This document shows, piece after piece, positions 37,562 through 51,846 of a DNA stretch of 64,000 bases. A program made the translations under genes and the position numbers. Under the pieces are notes generated by a model that did no database searches, had not been told where the DNA came from, and saw only the letters and a list, made by a program, of their open reading frames with translations. Position 1 is the stretch's first letter. Every line of letters starts with the position of its first letter. The DNA is taken from the NCBI RefSeq assembly GCF_006345805.1, contig NC_043001.1, positions 72,168,001-72,232,000 on the forward strand, written 5' to 3'. The stretch comes from Octopus sinensis (Eukaryota).

Positions 37562-37674
37562 TCATCACTGATAGCAGCAATTGCAGCAACTTCATCAGGG
37601 TTGAGCGGAGATTTTGATTTCTCCTCGTCTTCTATTTGATTTGCTTCCATAATTGCAGAAATAGCACGTTTCAT
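37562..37674 (-). CDS. GABPA: GABP-alpha coding exon 1 (start codon)
   Basis: tttgcag|GT ATG AAA CGT...GAT GA|gtaatg; MKRAISAIMEANQIEDEEKSK; phase 2 fits exon 2. The nine exons total 1398 nt (465 aa plus stop). An upstream in-frame coding exon cannot be excluded. Confidence 0.85.
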
Positions 37675-40600
37675 ACCTGCAAATATTGAAATAACAAATA
37701 ATTATTTACAAAAAAGTTGACCATCAGATAATGACATAATAAAATTTTCATTGAAAATATTTCCTTTAATGAGAGCAAAATCAATTTATAACAAAGTGTT
37801 TATTTGGGGAGGGTCATAAAAAACATACAAGTCGTTTGTTTATATTTTACTTCCTTATGCTTTGGAAAAAGAACTAAGTGAAATATAAACAACTGGTGAG
37901 TGTGTTTACAAGCTTTATTAATTATGATTCTTCCCAAATATAGCAATATTAGTTTCAACACACAATTTCAGATCAAAATTCTTGCTAAACAAATTAAAAA
38001 TTAATTTATGGAGAAATTTCCATTCAGTTCAAAGCAGACAGTTGTCTTTGTATTCCTTATTCAATCAACTATGGAACATTAATTCCTTCACCATTTTCAC
38101 TTTTTGGTATGCTAGTTTACACTGTACAGAATTCAAAGAGAAGAACTTATGCTAAATCAGTCCTGTATCTAAACTATCAGAAAGTTTTAAAATAACATTG
38201 GAGTAAACATTTTCTATGCAAATGATACTAAAAAGTGCTTGAGGAAAAGTAATGGATACTAGAGAATACTAAACCATTTACAAATAGAAATACTGGATAT
38301 TGGAGAAGATTAAACTATTTAATAATCCTGAGGTTAAATCTTAGCAAAAGTAACACTATTTGAATTTTAAATCAATTTGAATTAAATTAAATAAGTAGCA
38401 ATATGTTAACAGGAAAAGTCAACAGTCGAACCTTTTAATCCTTTGAACTCAAAAGTATGCTTTAGCAGGTACAATTTGAAGATAGAAAAACAGGCAGCCA
38501 TATGATTTTGTATTTACAGCTGAAAATAATGATGTTTATGACAATTAGCACACAAAATTAAGAGGCTGCCAACTTTTGCATCTTCTAGGAGCACAGTGAA
38601 ACAAAATTGCACCCACTGAAGCATACTTGTGGGTTCAATGTGTTTAAAATGTTTTGAATTATGGGGATGACTCAAATATTAACATAGCTACCTACATGGC
38701 AACACTTGTGTATAACATTTAATGAGTTTAATCTGCCTTTTACTTGTTTTGGTTATTAGAGAAGTCATGCTGGGACACCACCTTGAGTGATTTAGACAAA
38801 CAAATTGACTGCAGCATGATTTTTTCTAGGCCTATTGATCTCTTTTTACTGAACTGCTATGTTTACAGGGACATTAACAAACAACTGTCAAGAAGTGGTC
38901 AGGAACAAACAACACACACACATACATAAGGGAAAAAAGTAAGAAAATAAAAAGCTTCTGACAATGCAGAAAGTTTTACAAAACCTTTATATTTCAGGTG
39001 CAAAGGCCCATCATCAGAAGAAAAACAGCCAGGGAAATGTCCAGTTATGCAGGTTCTGTTAAACCATTCTGTTAACCTGCATGACTGGACATTTACTCAA
39101 CTGCTTTTCTTCTGAAGATAGGTTTTTGCATCTGAAATATGGTTTCGTAAAACTTTCTGCATTGTCAGAAGTTTTCTATTTTCTCTTTTTTCCCTTCTTT
39201 GATATTACAATGCTTCAAGTAATCTACAACACGTATATATATGACAGGATTTTTGCAGTTGACCAAATTCACTCACAAGGCTTTGCTTAGTTGAAGCTAT
39301 AGTAGAAGATACCTGCCAATGGTACCATGCTATGGGAAGTAAACTTCTTACCATACAGCCATACCTGCACCTGAAAAAGTATTCACAATGTCCCTGGGTG
39401 GACGTTTATGTAAGAAATCTAGAGATGTTAGTATTATTCAGTACACAACCTAACTTGCCTCATACCACAACTAAATATATAAAAGACTATCAAGTTACAC
39501 CAATATATACCTACTAATATAGAGAAAACTATTTTGGTGATTTCTCTATTAACATAGATCAATATTGACTAAGCGGTGGGTTAGTGGAAGGCATGGCATT
39601 TATTGATATCTCTTTTGTGTTGTTCTGAGTTCAAATTCAGCAAAGATCAATTTATCAGATAACTAGACACCTATATAGTCATATATATGTATATAAACAC
39701 ACACATACATGAAGATATTCATACACACACAGACAACTACATAGACATAATTGTGCTCAAGAAGTTTGGTTCCAAACTACTGGGTTTCAAGTTCAATTCT
39801 ACTAATGTAAAATTTATTTCATTATCTCATTAAAAAAAGGAGGTACCAAAAATTTCATGGCTAATTTTTATTTTATTTTATGTTTTTTGATGGTGTAAGA
39901 AATTTGATTTTTATTAGTAGGAGAACAACTTTTATAATCCCATGGTTACAAAGAGTTTAAGTAAATTGGATAGACTAAACTCCAAATATCCTTGGCAGCT
40001 AGTTCAATTAATAAATTACTGGTGCATTAAAAATGTTTTATTTCAGTGCAACATACACTGTTTGCATAGGTCAAATGAGATTTGTTAAGGCAGAATTTCT
40101 GCAGCAGGATGCTCTTCTTGTCACCAAACCTCACCTGTTTCCAAGCAAGATATTTTCTCTTAGTCAGGATATGTTTTCATGAAGATTACAAACAAATGTC
40201 AGCACTTGTATGACAGTGACACTTGTCTCAAACACACACACACACACACATGACAGATTCACTCACATAGTTTTGGTTGCTCTGGGGCTATAGTAGAAGG
40301 CATTTAACCAAGAGGTAATGCAATGGGACTGTGCCTGACACCATGTGGTTACAAAGTGAACTTAATCATACAGCACTTATGGAATATATGCCTGCACTTA
40401 TGGAATATATCTATAAATTTTAGCCAACACTACATTTAGTATTTATTAATAGTAGACTTACAAGTCACAGGCGATTAAAGAAGATCTTCCAATAAGGAGC
40501 AAAGGGGTTGGGGGTCATACAAATTTCCTTTAACAACAAAAAACACATTCATTAGATACATCAAGAAACTGTTATCAAACTCTCCTACAAACATGAACAT

Positions 40601-42019
40601 TAAGGTTGATACAAATACTAGCCCTCACCATAACTGAAGATCTCTCCTGACAAACATCCACAACATTATTTAAACTTAGGACACTGTCTAAATAAAAGAT
40701 GTGTTAATTTCAGCTGGAACAACTTTGATCATAGATCTGTTGGATCAGTGCTGAACAACAGTTTTTCTGACAGGAAGTAAACATATGCATCCTAGTCATG
40801 TTTGTATGAAAAAAAACAGATTCAAAATAGTCTCAGAAAGAAAGAAATAGAAACTCACAATAAAGAAATTGAAACAATATTGTAATTAAGTTACTTAATA
40901 AGAGCTGAATTAGTAGCCCAGAAATGAAAATATTACTACTGAATTAGTAGTCCAGAAATAAAAATACAGTCTCCTTCTAAGTGACAGAAATAATTAAAAG
41001 ACTGTAATGCTGTTTTAATAAACTATAAAACTAAATGCTGCAACTGTGTTTATTAAATGTACTTGCCAACTTGCTTCAGCATGTATTGCAATTAATTGAA
41101 ATAGCAACAATAGGATATAGGAGAGAATATTACAGAGCACACGGGAGAAGAGCTGAATGACTTGAAATTAGAATCAATAAAGGATTTGAGATTTATATGA
41201 GGTTCTTTGTTGATGTTATTAAAGAGAAATTAATCCAGTGGTGACTACTGAGAGTAATCTCTTATCCAATGTGTAGGAAACAAGTTTAAACATATATCAT
41301 TGTAGCTCACAATTTTTCATTCTTTTTAAAATTCTAATACACAAATCTATTCATTCTTTATGTAATATAAAAATCTTTGACAACAGAAGATAATTAACTT
41401 AATTAAATGCTAATAGAGAGGAAAATTTAAAAACACAATCTCTAAAGCAATTACTATGATGTTATATTTACCTCTAAATATATATATAAACTAAATTTCC
41501 ATGCCAACAAGGGAGACCTTTTACAATCATTTGACCTTTTAGAAATAGCAGCCAGAACGTTCAGAAAATACACCCAATTTCAACATCTTAAAAAAGAAGG
41601 AAGCTGAAGAAGTTTGTGTATTTTCCAAAGTAAAAAAGATTCAAGTTGAAATTTCATTTAATAAATTAGGCAACTTGGTTCATTGACAACACCAGTCACT
41701 TCTCGCTTTCATAATTAGTTCTAACAGAGGCACATGGTCACAAATTTAGAGGTAAGTGTTAGTCAGTAAGACTCAAATATAGGAAAAACTGAAACTCTAA
41801 AAAATACAATCACTAAAGAAAACCAAACAATAGAAGCTATTCATTTAAATGCTAACCTAGACGGATCTACAGGATCATAAAATACTGATTATATATATAT
41901 ATATGAAACAAGTAAATATATCTAATAAATATACACACATATATAAATATATATATAAAAATATACTGAAACAAGTAAATATATCTAATAAATATATATA
42001 TAAATATATATGTGGATGA

Positions 42020-42262
42020 ATTTGCAAAGTTAGTGATGAACATGTGTACAATGCTGACGAGACTGCCTTGTTTTGGAGATGTATGCCAAAAAGAACTCTG
42101 ACAACTAAGAATGCAGAATCACCATCCGGGTTCAAAGTTTTGAAGGATCGCGTCCTGGTAATGTGCTGCACTAATGCTGTGGGTACCCATAGATGTAAGT
42201 TGCTTGTTATCGGGAAAAGTTTACATCTGAGGACCTTCAAAGGAATGACAGAGTTTCCTATC
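42020..42262 (+). mobile_element. Tigger/Jerky-type pogo transposase fragment
   Basis: YNADETALFWRCMPKRTL...KDRVLVMCCTNAVGTHRCKLLVIGKS; interrupted by a SINE at about 42275. Confidence 0.85.
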
Positions 42263-42274
42263 CATTTCCATGAT

Positions 42275-42645
42275 CTCAGGTTTAGTCCCATTGCATGGGA
42301 ACTTGGACAAGTGTCTTTCACCTTCTACTACAGCCATAGGCTGAGCAAAGCTTTGCGAGTGGATTTGGTAGACAGAAACTGAAAGCCTCGGGCACACACA
42401 CATGTGTGTGTGGACCCTTATCTTTGCATCATGTGATGGCTGGAAATGAGTATCACCATTGTACAAGCAATGTCCTTTTCTAGTCTTCTGTGAAAAACAT
42501 GTCTAGCAACAGGAAATATTACATTACTTGGAAACAAATGAGGGTTGATGACAACAATGGCATCCAGTCATAGAAAATTTGCCTCAATATACTCCACCTA
42601 ACCCATGCAAGCATGAAAAAGTGGATGCTAAATGATGATGATGAT
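42275..42645 (+). mobile_element. tRNA-family SINE with RTE-type tail
   Basis: Core as at 24130; ends CCCATGCAAGCATGAAAAAGTGGATGCTAAATGATGATGATGAT. Confidence 0.8.
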
Positions 42646-43282
42646 AAGATATATATTATGTAAAATCTAAAAGGAAAGTGGGAAGGCAGTTCCTACAACC
42701 CTTTACAAGGCTTCCAAGACTGCAGGAAGTGAGGAAGACCTCCTCAAATTAGGGACCTAGTCCAAATGCTTGCAATAGGACACTTAAGATGCCAAGTGGT
42801 GGTGTTAAACTTGGTGATAAAATAAATCTACCACCCAAATAGGTTATGGCAGGATTTGAACTCAGAACTCAAAAGCCAGAGGAAATACCACAATTCATTC
42901 AATTCAACATTCTTATAGTTTCACCAATCCACTACTCTGAATTGGTACTGTGCTCTGAATTCAGAACACAGCAAATAAGAATTCTTTCTTTCTTTGTATG
43001 TATGTATGTCATTATTCAGTTTATTTCAAAATTTCTTACCAATAGAGGAAGAACTAGTTTCTAACCTAGATGCAAGGCTCCTTCATTGGAATTTCAACAT
43101 CAACAACAGAGTATGTATGTATGCCTGCATGCATATGCAGTTGTATATAGATGGTTGAAGATGGGATGTACACATTTGATATGCTTCTTTATTTATGTTG
43201 CTGACGATGAACCTTTTGTATCTGGTATTCTCATAGTTCCTAAGTTGTCCTTTACTGAGATCCTAGTTCTCGTCAGATTAAA

Positions 43283-43505
43283 CCCTTTAGCAATTAAACT
43301 GGCCATATCCTGCCCAAATGTTCTATTTTTTTTTAATGTTAAAACTCTCCAGATCCAAGCATCTCACATCTACCCTACAATATCATTCTAAAAATACACA
43401 GTCACAGCATTGAAATCACAAGACTACAAGATAATGCATGATTAATTCAAAATAATGTGAATAAATAGATATTAAATTTGAGGAAGTAATCTAAATACTA
43501 AAGGG
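43283..43505. mobile_element. piggyBac-like MITE
   Basis: CCCTTTAGCAAT...AATACTAAAGGG|TTAA. Confidence 0.8.
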
Positions 43506-44641
43506 TTAAATTTATTCAGAGAATCTTGGCTTCTTGGTCTAATCGAATTTTGATCTACATATTATATATTGTATGATTGTCCTACAATGTGAGGGAGGCA
43601 CTTGTATAGGTGTTTATAGTTTGTTGAAGTTTTGCTGCATATGTAAAAGAAAATTGTGCATAAAGATTATTGCTTAACAAGGAGAGATTAATAGATAAAG
43701 TATAATTTTTGTTCTTTGTGACCAGTGATGGTTTCAAGTACAGTTCTGCAAGATAACAAATATCTATTTATTTTTTCTTACACCAATACTCCATACATTT
43801 GCAGCAATTAAGCTGTGATCCACTTCATGGTACACATTTACAGCTAAGTGTCCCCTGTCAAACCAGATAGCATCTGTGTCGGTGATAAGACACAAAACAT
43901 TAACCCTGCTGACAGAGAGGAAGTCAATACACTACTAGATCAGTCAATCAATGATAAGAAACTATATTTAGACATGATCAAAACCAGGAAAATAACTTTA
44001 TTTCATTGATTTGCTTCTGTCCCCAGAAATTATTAACAGTTTGCTACTGGGCTAGATTAAGACTCAATAATCAATAAACAGAGTGAGTTGTATAGTGACA
44101 CATATTGATTTCTGAAATAAATACAAAGTCATAAATTTTAGAGGAGTATGATCGATGAAACCAAACTAGTATTTGACTGGTACTAACATCAATTTGATGG
44201 GATTTAAGTTCACAACATAAAGGGACATAACTAAATATGGCAAAACTAGTCCTCTGCTGCATCTTCATTACCACTATTCGTGAAGTGAAACATAGATTAA
44301 AAGGTTCAAGACTCAAATTTGCTAATAAATTTTACAATATGAAATGATAAATCTTGATGATTTATTTGAATAAAAAATAAAAAAAGAGAGCTCTAAGTGG
44401 AAAAGTCACCAGAGTTTTTAAACTATTTATTCATCTGACTGTGACCATGATGGAGCACCACATTAAAGGGATTTTAGCCAAAGAAATTGACACCAGAATT
44501 AATTCTTTGTAGGCCTAATACTTATTCTATCAGTGTCTTTTGTTGAACTGCTAAGTTATGGGGACGTAACCATACCAACATAAGTAGTCAAGCAATGGTG
44601 GGGAGACAAACAGATATACTCAAATATATACATAAACATAT

Positions 44642-44824
44642 ATAGGGAGAGTTTACGAAAAAAAAACAACAAAAGACGAAGACAGGTGGTGTACAAAACA
44701 AACAGATGTATTAGTATAACGCTCAGGAATAGAAAAAATCTTTTGTTTTGAGCCTACGCTCTTCTACAGAAAGGGACACAGAAAAAGCAAGGAGAGAAAA
44801 AAATGTGTGTAGTGGCTAACGATA
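44642..44824 (-). repeat. Penelope pLTR-like repeat with a decayed hammerhead fold
   Basis: Same family as 51842-52030; motif at 44740-44773. Confidence 0.65.
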
Positions 44825-45419
44825 TATATATATATATATTCGACAGGCTTCTTTCAGTTTCTATCTACTAAACCTACTCACAAGGCTTTGGGTGGCCCAT
44901 GGCTATAGTAGAAAACACTTGCCCAAGATTGGGAAGCAAGCTTCTTACCATGCAACCATGCCTGCACCTATCTTCAGTAAATTAAAATATTTGAGCTATT
45001 TCAACACATCTTCGACATTTCCTAGGCAACAGATACTCCTTTTTCATATTTCATTGCAAGGAAAAATTTCCATAAGATGGCCATCATTCTAACTGCAGTC
45101 ATCAAGTGGAATATACCCATGAGTGTGTATGTGTGTGTATTACCACTGTTTTAATGCCCTCTTTTCCATGCTTGCATGAGTAACATAAAATTTGTTGAGG
45201 CAGGTCTATGGCCAGATGTCCTACCTATCACCAACTCTCACCTATTTTTGAGATCATATTTCCCCCATAACCAGACAGTTTGAACAACAACAACAACAAC
45301 AACACTTATATGATGGTGATACTCATTTACAACCATCATGTGATGTCTGGACAAAGGTATATACAATCACACAAAAGCATATTTTCAATTTCTATCTATC
45401 AAATCCACTAAGAAACTTA

Positions 45420-46264
45420 ATTCTGACGTTAGTTTTCCATGCAATACCTTACCATCAGAAATAAATCGATAAAATCATGCCATTTTGGGAAATCGCGTTC
45501 AAATTCAAGATGACATATTTTTGACAATATCTTTCACAAATTGGCAGGAATTTTTTTTTTAATTCACAGCGAGCATCATGTCAGCTCCAAGGAGCTATAT
45601 GGCCCTTTATATTCCAATAGGGTACTTTATTACTGGAAAAAATCGGTTAATTAAATCATATGAGGCACATATAGCAAACCGATTTGTGTATTAAACACAA
45701 ACCACAGACTGTCTAGAGGACGCAACTCGACCTTTTTAACTCTTCGGAACACGTGGGGTAAGTATCCCAAAATGTATAAAAATGTACAAAAACGGCAAAA
45801 AAGCGGGCAGCAATGTGAGTGACAACAACGAAAAAGTCAAAAGTGACCAAACTGAACAAACGAATGGAAAAGGTTTTTTGGTGCACACGACAAAAGCGGT
45901 TTATAATAAACCAAGAGTTTGCAAGTAGCATCCGAGGACCCTTAGGGTACGTCAAAAATTTAAGGTAAAACGTTTGGGGTGGTAGTTATAAAGAAAGTTT
46001 AAACAGAAAAAGTATTTGAATAACTTGCGGCTGCAGCAGCTATTAGCAGAAGTTGGGGGTAAAGTCTCGAATGTAATTTCTTCCTGGTAGGAATTGGTTG
46101 GGTTGAATTATCGATAGCTGTTTGATAGTTATTTGGGAGTGAAGAGAAGACATTGCAACCTACACATGCGCCTTCGTTCCCTAGAGGGAAAGGACTAGAT
46201 TGGGATTAGTCGTTGCCTACTAGGGGCTCTTACATACCCGGGCAACGCCGGTCTATGCTGCTAG
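45420..46264 (+). mobile_element. Probable non-autonomous Helitron; 3' end clear, 5' boundary uncertain
   Basis: CCGG-GCAACG-CCGG hairpin followed by ...GCTGCTAG|T at 46264; CpG-rich interior. Confidence 0.6.
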
Positions 46265-46265
46265 T

Positions 46266-46557
46266 CCACCATATTCACCAGACCTTGCACCAACTGGTTA
46301 TCACATTTTCCAGGCATTAGACAACTTTTTGCAAAGAAAAACCTTCTAATCTGAAGAATCAAAAGCAGCTTTTCCTGATTCCATCACCTCTTGCTCTCCA
46401 GAATTCTTCGCTGACAGCTTAAATAAGCTACCGATAAAATGGCAAAATTGTGTTGATAATTTAAGTGCATATTTTGATTAACTGCATTGCTTTTTGTTGA
46501 GATAAAGTAAAATAAACTTTCAATTCAAAATCAGACATTTCATTCTTAAAGACCTGA
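46266..46557 (+). mobile_element. Mariner 3' fragment with its right TIR
   Basis: PPYSPDLAPTGYHIFQALDNFL...NKLPIKWQNCVDN..YFD*; ends CCTGA|TA. Confidence 0.85.
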
Positions 46558-49224
46558 TATATTTTGTCTTATATCCTTAACTTGATTCAATCACTGGAAG
46601 ACTTTTTAGTTAAATGAATTCATTCCAGTATTTATTCTACCAGTCTCTTTTGCTGAACCACTAAGTCATGGAAATGGAAACTAACCAACACCAGCTGTCA
46701 AGCAATATGGGGGGGGGGGCAATGTAACACATACATAGATCTATATATGTATATAAATTGGGCTTCTTTCAGGTTTCTACTTATCAAATCCACTCACAAG
46801 GTTTTGGTTGACCCAGGGTTAAAGTAGCTGAGAAGGCACTTGCTAAAGGTGCCACTCAGTAAGATTAATCCTGGAACCATGTGATTGGATAGCAAACTTC
46901 TTACCATACAATTACACTTGCACCTATGCATGTATGTGTGTGTATGACGGAGCAAACAGAACTAAATACATGAGTATACAATAAAAAGTTACAAAAGTAA
47001 TTATTGAAGGACCAAGATTTTCATGTAACTTTTGGGCTGATTACTACATAAATACATACACACGTTCATGTATTGAGTTCTATTTCTCCTATCTATTCCA
47101 GTGACTCTGTCGAGTTGACTGATGAGCTTTATCTACCAACTTTAATACCATAATCCAGAGTGGAACAATATCCCATATCCTGTGTGTACATATGTACACA
47201 CACACATATATGGCTGTCACATCTTACATACTTTGGTTTAAAATAGGGCATCACAAACTTGGTCTTTCTTTCTCTTCCTCTTCAAATGAATTGTATCTGT
47301 AGCTCATGTATCATATTGATCCTATACAAGAACTACACTTAGGGCAGACAGCTTTAGAATGTTCACCCACTTACACTGTAATTCAGTTGATTGAACAACT
47401 GAATCTTTGCTGTTGAAGCTGACAGAGAATCAGTTATGTCAAGAAAATCCTTTCATTCTTACAAAATATCAAAACAGTTGTTCTAAAGAACATCTCCCTC
47501 TCACACACATATTCCTTTTACCCCCCTCTCTCAAATACACCAAATTAAATCAGTCTAAATTGATTTTATGTAAATATCACACCCTAATTACCTTGAGCTG
47601 AAATTTAATCTGTCTCTTTACATTCTGATTTCAAATCTTGTCACAGTCAACTTTGTCTTTCAGAGTTGATAAAATACCAGTCACATAATGGGTTGATGGC
47701 ATCAACTAACACCCTCTCTTTAAATTTGCTGGGCTACTGCTTAAATCAAGAAACCATTATCTGGGTTAAAATAGAATTCATGCTAAAATATCAAGCTAAA
47801 AGTCTAGCAAGTTAAAACATAAAAAACAAGAAACCTGTGAGTCCAACATGTTTATTTCTGTGATCATCAACTGTGGTTACTGTCACATTATAACAGAGCA
47901 GAACACATCTATAAATAATATCTCTAAGACTATTAGAAGTTCTATAAGAGCAAGTGTTTAGCCCTGGCTTCATATCAAAAAGTAGATAGGAAATAAACCC
48001 ATTCCTGGATGGCATATCAACCTATTGCAAGTGACATTCCTAGAAAATCTCAGTACATTGGGATGGTGACGTAAAGTTAAATGTTGAATCCAGTGACAAT
48101 AAATTTGCCTGCAGTGGATTTGAACTAACTCTAAGTTGGCAATCCCATGCTTTACCTACTTTGCAACTTCACAGCCTATTTTCTTTTGAATACAAATGCA
48201 TATCATATATATTTTCAGTACATTATATATCAACAAATATAAGGGAGTGTATATGGCAGTGGCATAGCTAGGGTGTGCCATGCCTGAGATATCCCTTGAA
48301 CAGACCATTCCAACCAGCTCCCAAGCTCCTATACAGGATTATACTGAAGACTCAAAAGTGCTTGGAGGGGGGGGGGGTTACCCCACCCTACCCCACCAGC
48401 AACACTACTGATATATGGCCAATACATGAAGAATTGATGTAAATGCTTCAGTATTTCACTTTTGAGTTCAAATATTCTGCTGTGGAGAACATTGATTTTA
48501 ACCTCTAAAAACTGATAAAATATGTACTAGTAATACATTAGGTCTTTTCAATCAGCCCCCTCACACAAAGGAAATATTTGTGCCTAATTGTAAGAAATTA
48601 ATACAACTAATAAAAAATACTAAGAGTAGCACACCACACTCTTGTAAAAATTAACATAACACAACCTAGAGTTACACAGTGTTATGATTTCATTTAAGGC
48701 ACTGCCATTCCTGAAGAGAAAGCATTCTTCAGTGAGATGAAGGGAATAATAAACTATTTTTAGAATAGAGCTTTTCAAAGGATCAACAAAATGAGGGCAG
48801 ATCTTTTAAACAACTATACAAGGATGACAGGAGGGGGCAGTGGGGAGGGGAGAATAGAAATTCTTTCTACCAAACTAACCAACAAGCAATATCAATTAAC
48901 ATTCTAAATAAAGTGGATAAGTTTTGTGATATTTACCTCAACACTTATGATCACCACCCCTCACTTTTATGAATAGCTTCTCTTTCCCTTTTCACAAATA
49001 TAGATGACAAGCATTGGGATATTCAGGCCATTCATAATGCACAAGCAAAACAACTTTTGTGGTATCAGCTGGCCAAGAAGGAAATCAGATAATAACTGAT
49101 AACTGGTGTTCCTCAGTTCAGTTCTACTTCACAGTTGATAGATTGTTTTATAAATCTAACTTTATATATATATTCACCATTAAGAGTTTTCTCATAGTAT
49201 TAGTGCATCTAGCATTTTGCTCTT

Positions 49225-51358
49225 TCTCAATTGCTCACACAACTCGTTGACTTTCCTACATGCATTCCTGATCATGATGACCAAACTTTCTCCCTTCTTG
49301 ATCTCTTTTCAGCATCAAATCCTGATATCTGTAAGGTTTGTCATGGTTCTCCACTCGGAGGGGGGGGGGGGTCTGATCATGTTGTTTCAGTTGACATTTC
49401 ACTGAATTGTTCTGCTGTCAAGGAATCCCCAATTCATCGAACTCTATTCAGCTATGATCATGGTGACTGGGACAATTTTCATGACTTTCTTTGTCATGTT
49501 CTTTGGACCAATATTTTTGCTAAACCTGCTGAGGCCTGTGCTGGGGAAGTTACTACTTCAATTTCCACTCATACCATCTTGCAAATAGTAACTGAAACTG
49601 CATTCCTCACCCCGGTTTTCTCCTGCTTGTACTGTTGCTATTGCCCATTGTAATCATTTTTTCCACCAGTTTCAGCGAGATAATTCTGCAGTGAATAAAA
49701 AGCTTTTCTACAATGCTTGCAATCACTGTAGGGTTGTCATTTGTGATGCTAAACCAGACTATGAGCAGTACATTCATGATCATATATCATCCCAGAAAGT
49801 AGGCTCTCGTGACTTCTGGAGAATTATTAAAAGTGTTAGAGGTAACACAAAGTCTTCTATTCCTCCTTTATTTAATGGACCTGAGGTCTTCACAACATCT
49901 AATGATAAAGCAGAGCTCTTTGCCCAACTGTTTAGTTCTCACTCTATTCTCGATGACTCTGGTCATCCACTTCCTGGTGTTTTTCTGAAAACTGATAAAC
50001 TGTTACACAGTTTCCATATTACTTCAGCTAAGGTTGCAGCCAGTGTGGCATGGTTGGATCTATGTAAAGCAACTGGACCTGATGGTATTCCAGTTATTGT
50101 TCTTCAGAAGTGTTCTCCTGAGTTGTCTTCTGTCTTATCTAGGCTCTTCCAAAAGTGTATCTCAGAATTTTGTTTTCCTTCGTTATGGAAATTCCCAACT
50201 GTTGTTCCTGTATTTAAGAACTGTAGTGATCTATCTAATCCTCATAATTATAGATCAATTAGTCTACTACTAATCATCAGTAAGGTGTTTGAGTCCTTGA
50301 TTAATGACTCTCTTGTAAAATATCTTGACTCAAATCGTTTATTCTCCAGCTCTCAATATGATTTCTGTGCCGGACAGTCTACTGCTGATCTTCGCACTGT
50401 TATATCCGAGCATGTTTATTGTGCCTTGAATGTATCTGGTCAAGCTAGGGCAGTTGCTCTTTATATCTCTAAGGCATTTGATAGGGTTTGGCATGCTGGA
50501 CTTTTTTGGTGTGTCAGGTTTCATGCTGAACATCAGTTTTTCTTTCCTTTATGACCGTAGGATCAAGGTGGTTCTTGATGGTCAATCTTCATCTAGTTAT
50601 TCTATTAATGCTGAGGTTCCTCAAGAATCTGTCCTGGGCCCAACTCTCTTTCTTCTTTTTATCAATGATCTGCCTGATCATATCATTTGTCAGCTAGTAA
50701 TCTATATTGATGACTCTTTGTACACTTGTTTGGATAATCTGACGACTTGTCTGATAAGGTTGAAATTGTTGTTAACCTTGAAAATGATCTTCGATCTATT
50801 GTTGAGTGGGGTAGGAAATGGCTTGTAACATTCAATTCATTGAAAGCTAAACTTCTTTCAATCAATTACTTGAGACATCCTTTCTTACCATCGGTTTTGA
50901 TGGATGGTAATTATTTACCCGAGAGTCATTCTCATCTGCTGGGAGTAACTTTCTGTAATGTTTTTTCTTACACTGAATCTATTGCCAATTCAGCTGTAAT
51001 GAAGCTAGTCTCACTCCTTCATTCGAGGAGTTATCTCACTCCTGAGACTATTCTTATAAGTCCAACCATTCAGCTCTGCACTGAGTACTGTTGTCACATA
51101 TGGGTAGGTGCTCATGTGGATTGGTTAACTCTGTTGGGCCACATTCAGCGCTGTATTTGTAATGCTATTGGTCCTGATCTATCTTCTAAATTGGATTCAA
51201 TCTCTCATCATTGTTGTGTGGCTTCCTTGTTTCTTTCCTATAAGTATTTTCATGGACATTGTTCAGCTCTCTTCTCTGGTTCCTCCTTTAAGAACTTATC
51301 AGCAGAACTTATCTCTTTCCATTTTTTCCCTCATTCCCAAGCGTTAAAAACAGTGTAG
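49225..51358 (+). mobile_element. Decayed, 5'-truncated CR1-group LINE (APE end and RT)
   Basis: LLDLF..SDH, KATGPDGIP, NYRSISLL, ISKAFDRVWHAGL and VPQESVLGPTLFLLFINDL, spread over several broken frames. Confidence 0.88.
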
Positions 51359-51379
51359 AGTTCAGTGGTCCAACATGGC

Positions 51380-51416
<37 letters not shown>

Positions 51417-51422
51417 AACATA

Positions 51423-51672
51423 TGAGAAGGATGACCACTATGTGGACAACCCTTATGCTAGAAGTAGATCCGCTATGGTCTTACCACTAAGAAATGTTCT
51501 CAAGAAAATTTAGCAAACATCAGAACGTAAGCGAGGAAGACAAATGAAAAGTAACAAAATTATAGATTAATATGGTGTTTGCTAAATTTTCTTGAGAACA
51601 TTTCTTAGTGGTAAGACCACAGCAGATCTACCTCTAGCATAAGGGTTGTCCACACAATGGTCATCCCCCACA
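51423..51672. mobile_element. MITE with about 95-bp TIRs and a TA TSD
   Basis: 51423-51520 is inverted at 51575-51672. Confidence 0.85.
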
Positions 51673-51692
51673 TATGTATGTAATACAATTTA

Positions 51693-51778
51693 CTGAACCT
51701 TCAGATTTTAATATGCTAAACCACTGGTTTTAAATTGATGTTAATGAAATTAATATCCAATTTTTCACCCTCATTTAA

Positions 51779-51782
<4 letters not shown>
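51693..51782 (+). repeat. About 90-bp repeat with an inverted copy at 54358-54451
   Basis: Roughly 85% identity by eye. Confidence 0.85.

Positions 51783-51841
<59 letters not shown>

Positions 51842-51846
<5 letters not shown>

Noticed and set aside
40375-42000. Short local duplications (21 bp near 40375, about 36 bp near 40905, about 30 bp near 41905-41990)
   Set aside because: Ordinary slippage duplications in an intron, with no further structure.
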